Below are positions 28,303-37,206 of a stretch of DNA of 64,000 nucleotides, in pieces. The translations under genes and the position numbers were made by a program. Position 1 is the first letter of the stretch; every line of letters starts with the position of its first letter. The notes under the pieces were generated by a model, which searched no databases, was not told the origin of the DNA, and saw nothing but the letters and a program-made list of their open reading frames with translations. Source of the stretch: Chloroflexota bacterium (GTDB lineage: Bacteria > Chloroflexota > UBA6077 > FW602-bin22 > JAMCVK01); assembly GCA_023475225.1 (NCBI GenBank), contig JAMCVK010000008.1, positions 13,018-77,017 on the forward strand, given 5' to 3'.

Positions 28303-29403
28303 TTATTCCAATCTATGGACTGAATCAACCAGGTTCCGGGTGACCTCCTTCACAAACGAGGAGAGTAATCTTACTGTGTTTTCTACATCGTCCCACTTGA
28401 CCAACTCGTTAGCCGAGTGATTGTATCTGGCCGGTATGAGGACCGGGCAGGTGAGTACTCCCTCTCGCGAGGTGTGGATCACACTGCCATCGGCGATCGC
28501 CCCCGGCTTAATTTGGAGCTGATAGGGGATGCCCTCCTTCTGAGCGATGCTTACCAGGGCCCTACTAATGAGCCTGCTGGAGAACAAGCCAATTTGGGCC
28601 CCGAAACCAACACGACTGCCATATTCCTCCATCAAGCGAACTACAGGGCCCTTACCGAGTTCTATTTGGGGCCCAGCATCATCAGGGAAGTTTCCGGTAA
28701 TGTCGATATGGATAGCCACGTCCGGATCCACCGCATAGGCAGCCGTCCTGGCTCCCCGCAGTCCTACCTCATGCTGGGCAAGTCCTACTCCTACAACTGT
28801 GACCTCGTGTTTCTCGTGGGCCAGCCATTTCATAACCTCAATTAGGACGGTCAGCCCAATACGATCATCTACAGACTTGGTGGCGATGATCCCGTTCCTC
28901 AGTTCCATGAAATGGGGAACGAAGGTGACCATATCGCCAAGACATACCCCTTGCTGCTCTGTCTCTTCCTTATTAAAGGAACCGATATCGATGAACAGCT
29001 TATGAAAAGGAGTGACCCGTCTCTTTTCTTCCTCTGTCCAGGCGTGGGTGGACGGTAAGCCGATCACGCCGGGTACTGCTCCCTGCGCTGTCTTTATGAT
29101 CACCGACTGGGTGGGCAGGACCCGGTCATCGATCCAACCCACCTTCTCAAATCGGATAATTCCGTTTCGTTCGATGGAGGAGACCATCAATCCGATCTCA
29201 TCCATATGGGCGGTCAACATCAGCACAGGGCCGGCTGTACCATGCCCTTTCTTAGAGGCGATGAGATTGCCCAATCTATCGACAGACAGATCATCGACGA
29301 AAGGGGTAATCTCCTCTTTGATTATGGTTCGCAGTTCACCCTCATCACTGGATGCCCCCGAGGCGGACACAAGCCTTTTGAATAGTTCCTTCATTAAGTA
29401 CAA
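28303..29403 (-). CDS. M42-family metallopeptidase (FrvX/glutamyl aminopeptidase-like)
   Basis: 366 aa. VLMLTAHMDEIGLMV ... DDRIG ... are typical M42 motifs. Confidence 0.85.
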   Translation of the reverse strand: MYLMKELFKRLVSASGASSDEGELRTIIKEEITPFVDDLSVDRLGNLIASKKGHGTAGPVLMLTAHMDEIGLMVSSIERNGIIRFEKVGWIDDRVLPTQSVIIKTAQGAVPGVIGLPSTHAWTEEEKRRVTPFHKLFIDIGSFNKEETEQQGVCLGDMVTFVPHFMELRNGIIATKSVDDRIGLTVLIEVMKWLAHEKHEVTVVGVGLAQHEVGLRGARTAAYAVDPDVAIHIDITGNFPDDAGPQIELGKGPVVRLMEEYGSRVGFGAQIGLFSSRLISRALVSIAQKEGIPYQLQIKPGAIADGSVIHTSREGVLTCPVLIPARYNHSANELVKWDDVENTVRLLSSFVKEVTRNLVDSVHRLE

Positions 29404-29500
29404 CCTCCTTGACCTGACGGTAGGCGCTTAGATGAAATGCTACAACTCGCTATCCTTGTATACTTAACTTTGAGAAGAGAGGAACAGCTGGAAGCGACGT

Positions 29501-30523
29501 CTACGTCCAATAGGGTTCTCTCCACAGCTCTAACCATTGCCCAATGTCCATTTCTTTAGCCTGTTTATAAACCCTATAGGCATTTATAAGGTCCTCAACC
29601 CCCAGTCCCAAAGGGCTAAGGAATATCTTTTCTCTGTTGTTCTCCCAACCAGGCTTTTTTCTGTTCACGATCTCGCCTACGGTGGCATAGATATCCTCTT
29701 TCCTTATTAAGCCCTGGCGGTACATCTCTCCCATAACCACTGGGATGGTAAACTGCCGTGGGCCATCGATGACGATCTTATCCGAGCGCAGGATAACCTC
29801 AAATTTGGGATCGTTATCCGATATATTGGAATAGAGCGACCCATCCTTAATCCAATCAGCCTCCACGTACCTTTGATCAAGGGAAACGGTCGTTGCTCCC
29901 ACTACGACATCCGAGCCCTCCACCGCCTCCTTAGTGCTGTTCACCGCCCTGATGTTGAGCCCCAGTTTAGTCCCCATGTCCGCCGCATACCCCTTGGACC
30001 TTTCCTGATTGAGGTCGAAAACCTTCACTTCTTTTATGTTCTTTAACACCTCATTAAGGGCCATAAGTTGCGTCCGGGAGATGACCCCAGCGCCTAACAG
30101 TCCGATTACTTCCGAATCCGGGCGAGCCAGGTACTTAGCCCCCACTCCTGTTACAGCTCCCGTGCGCATGGCACTAAGGATCATTCCATCCATGATGGAC
30201 AGAGGGTGGCCGGTACTAGGATCAGTCAGAATCACGATGCCTGTAGCCCGGGGCAGCTTAAGTTTAATAGGATTGTCGGGATTACTGGGAGTCCATTTCA
30301 AACCGGCTACGTCGACATCGCCACCAATATAGGCTGGATGCATGGTGATACGCCGACCAGCCTGACCGCCGAACATAATCATTGGGGGATCAGGCTCTAT
30401 ACACTCGCCCTTATCCAACATGGAGAACACCTTCTCCACACCCTCGATCGTCCTGGCCATATCTAGTCCACCGGCGGCGATGACGTCCTCCTGCTTCAAG
30501 TAAAGAAACTTAACTGCTCGCAC
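29501..30523 (-). CDS. Ornithine cyclodeaminase / mu-crystallin family NAD(P)-dependent enzyme
   Basis: 340 aa with the Rossmann segment VIGLLGAGVISRTQL. The overall OCD_Mu_crystallin pattern is present. Confidence 0.75.
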   Translation of the reverse strand: MRAVKFLYLKQEDVIAAGGLDMARTIEGVEKVFSMLDKGECIEPDPPMIMFGGQAGRRITMHPAYIGGDVDVAGLKWTPSNPDNPIKLKLPRATGIVILTDPSTGHPLSIMDGMILSAMRTGAVTGVGAKYLARPDSEVIGLLGAGVISRTQLMALNEVLKNIKEVKVFDLNQERSKGYAADMGTKLGLNIRAVNSTKEAVEGSDVVVGATTVSLDQRYVEADWIKDGSLYSNISDNDPKFEVILRSDKIVIDGPRQFTIPVVMGEMYRQGLIRKEDIYATVGEIVNRKKPGWENNREKIFLSPLGLGVEDLINAYRVYKQAKEMDIGQWLELWREPYWT

Positions 30524-30580
30524 TCCTGCTTTGCCTCCTTAAATTACTGCTGAAGCCATTATAAGATTGTGGGGTTTCCA

Positions 30581-30617
30581 GGTTGCACCGACCCCACGCC
30601 GTGGGGTCGGTGCAACC
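30581..30617. repeat. Perfect 17-bp stem / 3-nt loop palindrome between the BMP SBP and OCD genes
   Basis: ggttgcaccgaccccac gcc gtggggtcggtgcaacc was read directly. No T-run follows on the transcribed (minus) strand, so it looks REP-like or like an RNA-stability element rather than a canonical terminator. Confidence 0.8.
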
Positions 30618-30660
30618 GAAAGGATATACTCCAAGAACAAGTTATCCAGCGCAGGCTCTC

Positions 30661-31791
30661 CTAGAGCTTGCCGTGCTTCTTCAGGAAAGCCTCCACGCCA
30701 GCTGGATCATCAGGAACGACTATTTCACCTGAGACGACCTTCTGCTTCAGGTCCTCCACCTCTTTCTTGATCGCTGCCGTTACCAGGGGATGGGCATCGT
30801 CGATGGTGACCCAGACACCATTTTCCTTCAGGCCAAGGTAGAACCGTCCGGGCTTAAAGGTACCTTTGACCACCTGCTCGATAACGTTATACACCACTAT
30901 ATCCATATTGGCGACGTAACAGAGGAGTATGTTGTCCGGGGCGAGATACCGTTGATCCATGAAACCGATCACATACTTATTCTGTTTCTTGCCCGCCTCG
31001 ATCACACCAAGGCCACTGGCGCCAGCAATGGTGAATATTATGTCTGCCTTATTGGCGTATTGGGCCAAGGCTAGATCCTGTCCCTTGACTGGATCATCCC
31101 ACGAACCAACGAAGGTGGTGAGGAGCTGCGCCTTGGGATTGACCCATCTCAGCCCGGCCTCGAAGCCACCCCCATACTTCTTCATCTGGGGGATCTGTAC
31201 CCCACCAATGAAGCCCGTGACGTTCGTCTTAGTTATCCGCCCGGCCACCACACCGAGCAAGAAGGCTGCCTCCTCCATCTTGAAATCGTAGGAGGCAATG
31301 TTCGGCGCATCTACCATCGCCGTGATCGTCAAGAACTTCTGGTTTGGAAATTCAGCCGATAACTTCTTCAACACCGGCTCACCGATATTTCCGGCGAAGA
31401 TGATGAGGTCATACTTACCGGTGCGGGCCAAATCTCGCATATATCCCTCAATCTCGGCGAAAACCTTGGTTTCGACATAGTCGAAGTTTACCCCTAACTT
31501 CTCCTTAGCCCTCTTCAGACCCTTCATCGCGTAGTCATTGTATGACCGATCGCCTAGCGCTCCGAAGAAGACTTCGGCTACTCTAACCTCCTTCTTTGGT
31601 ACCGCTGTAGGGGTAGCTGTTGGGGCCAGTGTGGGTGTTGGTGCAGCTACAACAGCCGTGGGTGTTGGGGGAGCAGGAGGTTTGGTCGGCGTTGGCGTAG
31701 GGGCCGCCGCTGGGGCACAACCGGCAAGGGCAATAGAGACGGCCAAAAGCGCGGCTATAACCACTGTTAACCTTTTGCTAATCTTGTTCAC
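30661..31791 (-). CDS. BMP-family ABC substrate-binding lipoprotein (PnrA/NupN-like, purine nucleoside-type)
   Basis: Lipobox LAGC followed by a P/T-rich linker. The BMP-like body has GALGDRSYND and IFTIAGASGLGVIEA. GTG 31791 follows AAGGAGGA. Confidence 0.85.
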   Translation of the reverse strand: MNKISKRLTVVIAALLAVSIALAGCAPAAAPTPTPTKPPAPPTPTAVVAAPTPTLAPTATPTAVPKKEVRVAEVFFGALGDRSYNDYAMKGLKRAKEKLGVNFDYVETKVFAEIEGYMRDLARTGKYDLIIFAGNIGEPVLKKLSAEFPNQKFLTITAMVDAPNIASYDFKMEEAAFLLGVVAGRITKTNVTGFIGGVQIPQMKKYGGGFEAGLRWVNPKAQLLTTFVGSWDDPVKGQDLALAQYANKADIIFTIAGASGLGVIEAGKKQNKYVIGFMDQRYLAPDNILLCYVANMDIVVYNVIEQVVKGTFKPGRFYLGLKENGVWVTIDDAHPLVTAAIKKEVEDLKQKVVSGEIVVPDDPAGVEAFLKKHGKL

Positions 31792-31887
31792 CGCTCGTCC
31801 TCCTTGGAAAAAATTTGTCCGAAACACGCAGGATCCAGTGATTCACACCTCGATGTGGATCGATCGGAGTTAGTAACGACAACCTGG

Positions 31888-34194
31888 CTAACTGCTGGCT
31901 TCCACCTCCTCTCGGCATTTCCAGCTGACTGACCGAACCCCATTCATCTCCCTGGCCCGTCGTGTCTGAAGGATTCTCTGCGGCGTAGCCGGTGGCTTCG
32001 TGATCCTGATACCTATTGCATCGTAGATAGCGTTCAGGATGGCCGCCGGGGTCGCGTCAGTGCTGTGCTCCCCTACCCCCTTAGCCCCATAGGGGCCAGT
32101 CGGATAAGGACATTCGATGATTACAGCCGCGGACTTGGTAGGTATGTCGGTAGCTGTGGGGATAAGATATTCGGTCAAGGTCAGGTTGAGGATAAAGCCG
32201 TCCTTGGTCGGCATATCTTCCATCAGGACGTAGCCAAGCCCCTGGACGGCTCCACCAAACAGCTGTCCCTCAACGTTAGCTGGATTAAGGGCTTTACCGC
32301 TGTCATGGACGTTGACTAGTTTTAAGATATTGGTCTCACCTGTCTCCTCGTCCACCTCCACATCAGCTATGGCCGTGATGAAGGTATGGCCGGAGATAGC
32401 ATGGCTGGCTTTGAACCAGGCGTTGGCCACCAGGCATGTCCCTTCAAGATAGGCAGCCTGAGCCACCTCGGCTACAGGAAGTCCCCAATCCGGCCGCTCT
32501 TCAGCGAAGATCCTGCCCTTCTTGACCTGCAGCATATCCGGGGTCATCTCTAACTTCTCAGTCGCCTTCTCACACAGGATGGCCTTTACCTTATCAGCGG
32601 CCATCTTTACCGCGTTCCCCAGGACATAGGCCGACCTCGAGCCTACCTGCGGTCCAGCTTTAAGGGTAGCCGCTGTGCTTCCCGTTATGACCGCAATCGA
32701 GTCCAAGGGGATCCCCAACTCCTCAGCAACTATCTGGGCTACCACCGTAGTGATGCCTGTTCCTATCTCTCCCACCCCTACACGCACAAGGGCCGTGCCA
32801 TCAGGAAGAACTTCAACGCTGGCACCGCTCCCAGTCATTGGACCCATCGGTTTGCCCGATATATCCCAAGTCGGCATAGCCACAGAGATTCCTCGCCCCA
32901 CCTTCTTTTGAGGAGCGGAAGGCTCAGGCCGTGGGCCAGCTACGGTCAAGGCCATCTCCATAGTCTTACCCAGGCTCACTTCCCCATCAAGAACTACTCC
33001 TGGCACGCCTGGAATCGCCCCCTCTTGCAAGGCATTCTGTAAGCGAAACTGAACGGGATCGATCTCCAATCGCTGGGCCACCGCCTCCATCTGAGACTCG
33101 GTGGCCGTGATCGCCTGCGGCTCGCCATAGCCGCGCATGGCACCTGAAACGGGGTTATTGGTATAAACGGCCAGGCCATCCACCTTGATGTGAGGCATGT
33201 CGTAGGGTCCTGGGAAGGAGGAACACATCACCTGCAACACATAGGGCGAAGCTGAAGCATAAGCTCCCGCATCAGCGACAACGTCTACCTCGATAGCCGT
33301 CAACTTCCCTTCTTTGGTTGTGCCCATCTTATACTTAAGACGAACCGGATGACGCTTGACGTGCATCAAGGTTGATTCTTCGCGCGTCCACACCATCTTG
33401 ACTGGTTGACCAGTCTTTAAGGCCAAGAGGGCCAGATGGATCTGGAGGGAAACATCAGAACGGCCACCAAAATGCCCCCCCGCCGTAATGGCTATCACCT
33501 CAATCTTGCTTTGTGGCCAGCCTAAGGCCTTGGCGATGGCAGCCCGGATATAGACCGGATCAGAGCATCCAGTATAAACTGTTAGCTCCCCTCGGGCATT
33601 GATCGTCGCCACACCGGACTCTGGTTCCAGAAAAGCATGCTCCTGACGTGGCCAGCGATAAGTTTCCTCGATGACCACGTCGGCTTGAGCAAAACCCCGC
33701 ACAATATCCCCTTTATTGAAGTGGTATTCGCTACAGATATTCCCTCCCTTGTCTTCATGCACCAGCATTGCCCCTGGCTGTAGGGCTATCTCAGGTTCAG
33801 CGATTACCTCCAACTCCTGGTACTCCATTTCAATCAGTTCAATGGCTCGCTGAGCTATCTCCGCTGAGCGCGCTGCGACCAACGCGATTGGGTCGCCTAC
33901 TCTCCTGGCCTTCTCCCCTATAGCCACCAATACCGGCTGATCTGCAATTGCCAGGCCGTGTCGGTTAATGCCCCGGATGTCAGCGGCTGTGACCACAGCC
34001 TCCACCCCCCAGAGATTCGCCACTTTGCTCGTGTCAATACTCAACACCCTGGCGTGAGGGAAGGGACTACGCAAGGTCCTGGCAAACAACATCCCCGGAA
34101 GGTAGATATCGCCGCCAAATTTGGCCGCCCCAGTTACCTTCTCCAGGGCATCTATACGTCTGACCGGATAACCCACCACTTCAAGATCGGTCAT
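31888..34194 (-). CDS. Xanthine dehydrogenase-family molybdopterin-binding large subunit (no adjacent Fe-S or FAD subunit)
   Basis: 768 aa. VVGYPVRRIDALEKVTGAAKFGGD, GGHFGGR and GAKGVGE are typical motifs. Confidence 0.9.
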   Translation of the reverse strand: MTDLEVVGYPVRRIDALEKVTGAAKFGGDIYLPGMLFARTLRSPFPHARVLSIDTSKVANLWGVEAVVTAADIRGINRHGLAIADQPVLVAIGEKARRVGDPIALVAARSAEIAQRAIELIEMEYQELEVIAEPEIALQPGAMLVHEDKGGNICSEYHFNKGDIVRGFAQADVVIEETYRWPRQEHAFLEPESGVATINARGELTVYTGCSDPVYIRAAIAKALGWPQSKIEVIAITAGGHFGGRSDVSLQIHLALLALKTGQPVKMVWTREESTLMHVKRHPVRLKYKMGTTKEGKLTAIEVDVVADAGAYASASPYVLQVMCSSFPGPYDMPHIKVDGLAVYTNNPVSGAMRGYGEPQAITATESQMEAVAQRLEIDPVQFRLQNALQEGAIPGVPGVVLDGEVSLGKTMEMALTVAGPRPEPSAPQKKVGRGISVAMPTWDISGKPMGPMTGSGASVEVLPDGTALVRVGVGEIGTGITTVVAQIVAEELGIPLDSIAVITGSTAATLKAGPQVGSRSAYVLGNAVKMAADKVKAILCEKATEKLEMTPDMLQVKKGRIFAEERPDWGLPVAEVAQAAYLEGTCLVANAWFKASHAISGHTFITAIADVEVDEETGETNILKLVNVHDSGKALNPANVEGQLFGGAVQGLGYVLMEDMPTKDGFILNLTLTEYLIPTATDIPTKSAAVIIECPYPTGPYGAKGVGEHSTDATPAAILNAIYDAIGIRITKPPATPQRILQTRRAREMNGVRSVSWKCREEVEASS

Positions 34195-34279
34195 TTCTAG
34201 ACTCTTCCAGGCAAGCGAATCATTGCCGCCTTGAAGCCCTGCTCATAGCCAGCACATGCAGAAAATAGTCTGTTCAACC

Positions 34280-35209
34280 CTATTTTTCGCCCCTCTCGAA
34301 TGGCCTCCCCAGAGCAGCCGGGGCCACAACCCGGCCAACGACTAGGGTCATAACGATGATGGTCAACACATAGGGGATCATTTGCAGTAACTGGACAGGG
34401 ATATCAAGAGTCAGATGTTGTTGCACGGCATCAGCCAGGGTGAATACTATGGAGGCAACAAATACCCCTAGAGGATTCCACCGTCCGAAGATGTTGGCTG
34501 CCACAGCGATCCATCCCCTACCTGCGGTCATATTCTGTTGGAAGAAGTTCAATTGCCCCAAGGAGAGAGATACCCCTCCCAGACCAGCCAGAGCGCCGCT
34601 CAGAACAACACAGAAATAGCGAGTTCTATTCACATTCAGGCCAAGACTATCGGCCGCTTCTGGATTCTCCCCGATTGCGCGCAGCTTTAGTCCGATAGAG
34701 GTCTTAAAGAGGACAATTTGGGCGAGGATGACGACAGCAAAGAGGACAAAAACAAGAGGATTCTGCCGATCGAACAATATACCTAAAAGGGGAATGTCCT
34801 TCAGCAAGGGAACGGATACGGTTGGTAGGGCTGTTACCATTTCCGACTGACCCTTATTACCCCAGATGACCTGTAATAGGAAAGTAGTTAACCCTAAAGC
34901 AAGCAGAGGAATGGTTATCCCACTAAGAGCTTGATTTACTTTAAGATTGATGCAAAGTACAGCGTGCAGTAAGCCAAAGATAGCGCCGAAGATGATACCG
35001 GTTAGGACCCCCAGCCATGGATTCCCTGTATAAAAGGTTGTCAGCGCCCCGCCAAAGGCGCCCATCAGCATCATTCCTTCTAATCCAAGGTTCATTATCC
35101 CTGAGCGTTCAGAGAAAGTACCACCGATAGCGGCCAGGGCGATGGGGACACACATACGCATCGCGGCAGCCAGAATAGACATGGGTACAGCCGCATCAAA
35201 GCCGATCAT
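34280..35209 (-). CDS. ABC transporter permease, BMP/nucleoside type (NupQ/YufQ-like)
   Basis: Polytopic membrane protein. ATG 35209 is preceded by GGGAGGA. Confidence 0.8.
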   Translation of the reverse strand: MIGFDAAVPMSILAAAMRMCVPIALAAIGGTFSERSGIMNLGLEGMMLMGAFGGALTTFYTGNPWLGVLTGIIFGAIFGLLHAVLCINLKVNQALSGITIPLLALGLTTFLLQVIWGNKGQSEMVTALPTVSVPLLKDIPLLGILFDRQNPLVFVLFAVVILAQIVLFKTSIGLKLRAIGENPEAADSLGLNVNRTRYFCVVLSGALAGLGGVSLSLGQLNFFQQNMTAGRGWIAVAANIFGRWNPLGVFVASIVFTLADAVQQHLTLDIPVQLLQMIPYVLTIIVMTLVVGRVVAPAALGRPFERGEK

Positions 35210-35251
35210 GCCTGATCCTCCCAAGCACAACCTTTCATTTTAACTACTGTG

Positions 35252-35734
35252 CTAGCGGGAAAGTCCGTCGGTCTCAACCCTTTCCTTGAGGCGTCTCAGG
35301 AGACGATCTAATACCTCTAACTCCTCCCCTTCATAGCAGGCCATCATGCGAGTCAGGAACTCTCTATAAGGCTGTTTGACCTTATCCCGAAGCTCCTGTC
35401 CTTTCTCGGTGATCTCCACCATAATGACCCGCCTGTCCTCATCATGGGGAACTCGCCGCACTAAACCATCACGCTCCATGCGGTCGATGAGCGTGGTCGT
35501 ATTACTATTGCCCCGAAAGAGCTTTTGACTCAACTCAGTCAGAGAGGTGGCTCTGCTCTCCGATAGGTGTCGCAAGACACCATACTTAATGGTGGTGATG
35601 TTCCAGCGCGACATCTCCTTTTCCACCCTTCTGGCGACAGCGTCATGGGTCCGGCGGAGCAGTACGTACGTATCTATCGCTCGCTGAGAGGCTTCAGTTG
35701 TAGACTCGGAAATCTGTTGCGGTCTCATGGCCAC
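35252..35734 (-). CDS. MarR-family transcriptional regulator
   Basis: 160 aa with a winged HTH (ITTIKYGVLRHLSESRATSLTELSQKLFRGNSNTTTLIDRMERDGLVRR). Confidence 0.85.
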   Translation of the reverse strand: MAMRPQQISESTTEASQRAIDTYVLLRRTHDAVARRVEKEMSRWNITTIKYGVLRHLSESRATSLTELSQKLFRGNSNTTTLIDRMERDGLVRRVPHDEDRRVIMVEITEKGQELRDKVKQPYREFLTRMMACYEGEELEVLDRLLRRLKERVETDGLSR

Positions 35735-35747
35735 TCCTCTAAATTAC

Positions 35748-35810
35748 ATATGCGGATATTACGGATATTAAATATATCCGCAATATACTTCCCTTATCGG
35801 CTGTTGTCAA
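35748..35810 (-). promoter_or_regulatory. MarR gene promoter with overlapping inverted-repeat operator
   Basis: Minus strand reads TTGACA (35810-35805), 17 nt, TATATT (35787-35782). Immediately downstream lies the inverted repeat TGCGGATAT (plus 35751-35759) / ATATCCGCA (35774-35782), plus an internal ACGGATAT (35761-35768). Confidence 0.55.
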
Positions 35811-35822
35811 GATGGGCGCTGT

Positions 35823-37202
35823 TTACTGGAGGGCAGCCCGTTGAATCAAGTCTTCAGCTACAGATTCAGATCTGGAGAGCACCTCTCCTTCGTCCACCGT
35901 TAAAACTCTCCTCCCCTCCATCACTATTCGGCCGTCAATGACCACTGTATCCACATCACTGCCATTGGCACAATACACCAGAGCAGAGATAACCCGGTGA
36001 ATGGGGAGGGTATGCGCCTTCCATAGATCCACAAGGACGATATCCGCCTTCTTGCCCGGTTCAAGCGAGCCTATCTTGGCTTCCATACCCAAGGTTTTGG
36101 CTCCCCCAAGGGTAGCCATCTCAAAGACCTGTTCACAGGGGGTAACGGTTGGGTTCAAGTGATGAACCTTATGCAGAAGAGCGGCCGTTTTCATGACACC
36201 GAACATATCCTGATTGTTATTAGCTGCCCCATCACTGCCCAGGGCGATGTTGATGCCGGCTCGCAACATCTCGGGCAGGCGGGCCACCCCAGAGGCTAAG
36301 AACATATTGCTGACGGGACAATGAATCAGGTTGCCTCCGCTTTCAGCCAGCAGGGCGATCTCCTCGTCACTGAGCCACACCCCGTGTACCACGTGAAAGC
36401 GTGGCCCCAGTACCCCCAGGCTATGTAGCAATTGGATCTCCCTCATACCATAATCCTCAAGCGTCGCTTCGACCTCGGACCGACTCTCGGCCACATGGGT
36501 ATGGATACAGGTTCCATATTTATCGTAGAGGGATTTAAGGGCCGTAAACAGGTGCGGTCCACTGGCAAAGATGGTCACAGGAGCAGGGCAGACACTGACC
36601 ATTCCTCGACCCTCTCCCTGCCACCTGAGCAGCAGTCTCTCCATTATGTCTAGATCTTCTTCCAAAGAGTAAGCGTAGAGAAATCTTGGAATACCCCATT
36701 TTTCTGCCCGTGGCGTGTGGTAGCGAAGACCTCGGGCTATGAGGCCTCGCATCCCGGTTTGTAGATAGGCCTTGGCTATGTTGTCCACTACGGACTCGCT
36801 GGTGTTCACTGTATGGTTATCCACAATGCACGTAGTTCCCGACTTGATTGCCTCCACACAGCTGAGGAGCGCTCCTGCATAGACGTCTTCTGCCGTTAAA
36901 ACTGTGGCTATGGGGTAGATAGCCTTAGTAAGAAAGTCGATCAGGTCTTTATCGTCGCCCAACCCTCGCAGGAGAGCCTGAAACATATGGGTATGAGCAT
37001 TTATCAAGCCAGGTATAGCTACCTTCCCCCTCGCTTCGATTATCCGGTCCGCGCCGGTGTACCTGAGATCATCAGTCGTCCCTACGGCGATGATGCGGTC
37101 ATCCTCTATAAGGATAGCGCCATCTTTTATTATCCGTCTCTCAGCATCCATACTTACTATGGTGGTATTGACGATAGCCGTGAGCACTTTTCTCTCCTCC
37201 AA
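35823..37202 (-). CDS. Amidohydrolase, ATZ/TRZ (chlorohydrolase / MTA-SAH-deaminase / nucleobase-deaminase-like) family
   Basis: 459 aa. PGLINAHTHMFQALLRGLGDD (HxH metal motif) and a later HVAES are present. Confidence 0.85.
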   Translation of the reverse strand: MEERKVLTAIVNTTIVSMDAERRIIKDGAILIEDDRIIAVGTTDDLRYTGADRIIEARGKVAIPGLINAHTHMFQALLRGLGDDKDLIDFLTKAIYPIATVLTAEDVYAGALLSCVEAIKSGTTCIVDNHTVNTSESVVDNIAKAYLQTGMRGLIARGLRYHTPRAEKWGIPRFLYAYSLEEDLDIMERLLLRWQGEGRGMVSVCPAPVTIFASGPHLFTALKSLYDKYGTCIHTHVAESRSEVEATLEDYGMREIQLLHSLGVLGPRFHVVHGVWLSDEEIALLAESGGNLIHCPVSNMFLASGVARLPEMLRAGINIALGSDGAANNNQDMFGVMKTAALLHKVHHLNPTVTPCEQVFEMATLGGAKTLGMEAKIGSLEPGKKADIVLVDLWKAHTLPIHRVISALVYCANGSDVDTVVIDGRIVMEGRRVLTVDEGEVLSRSESVAEDLIQRAALQ

Positions 37203-37206
37203 CCTA

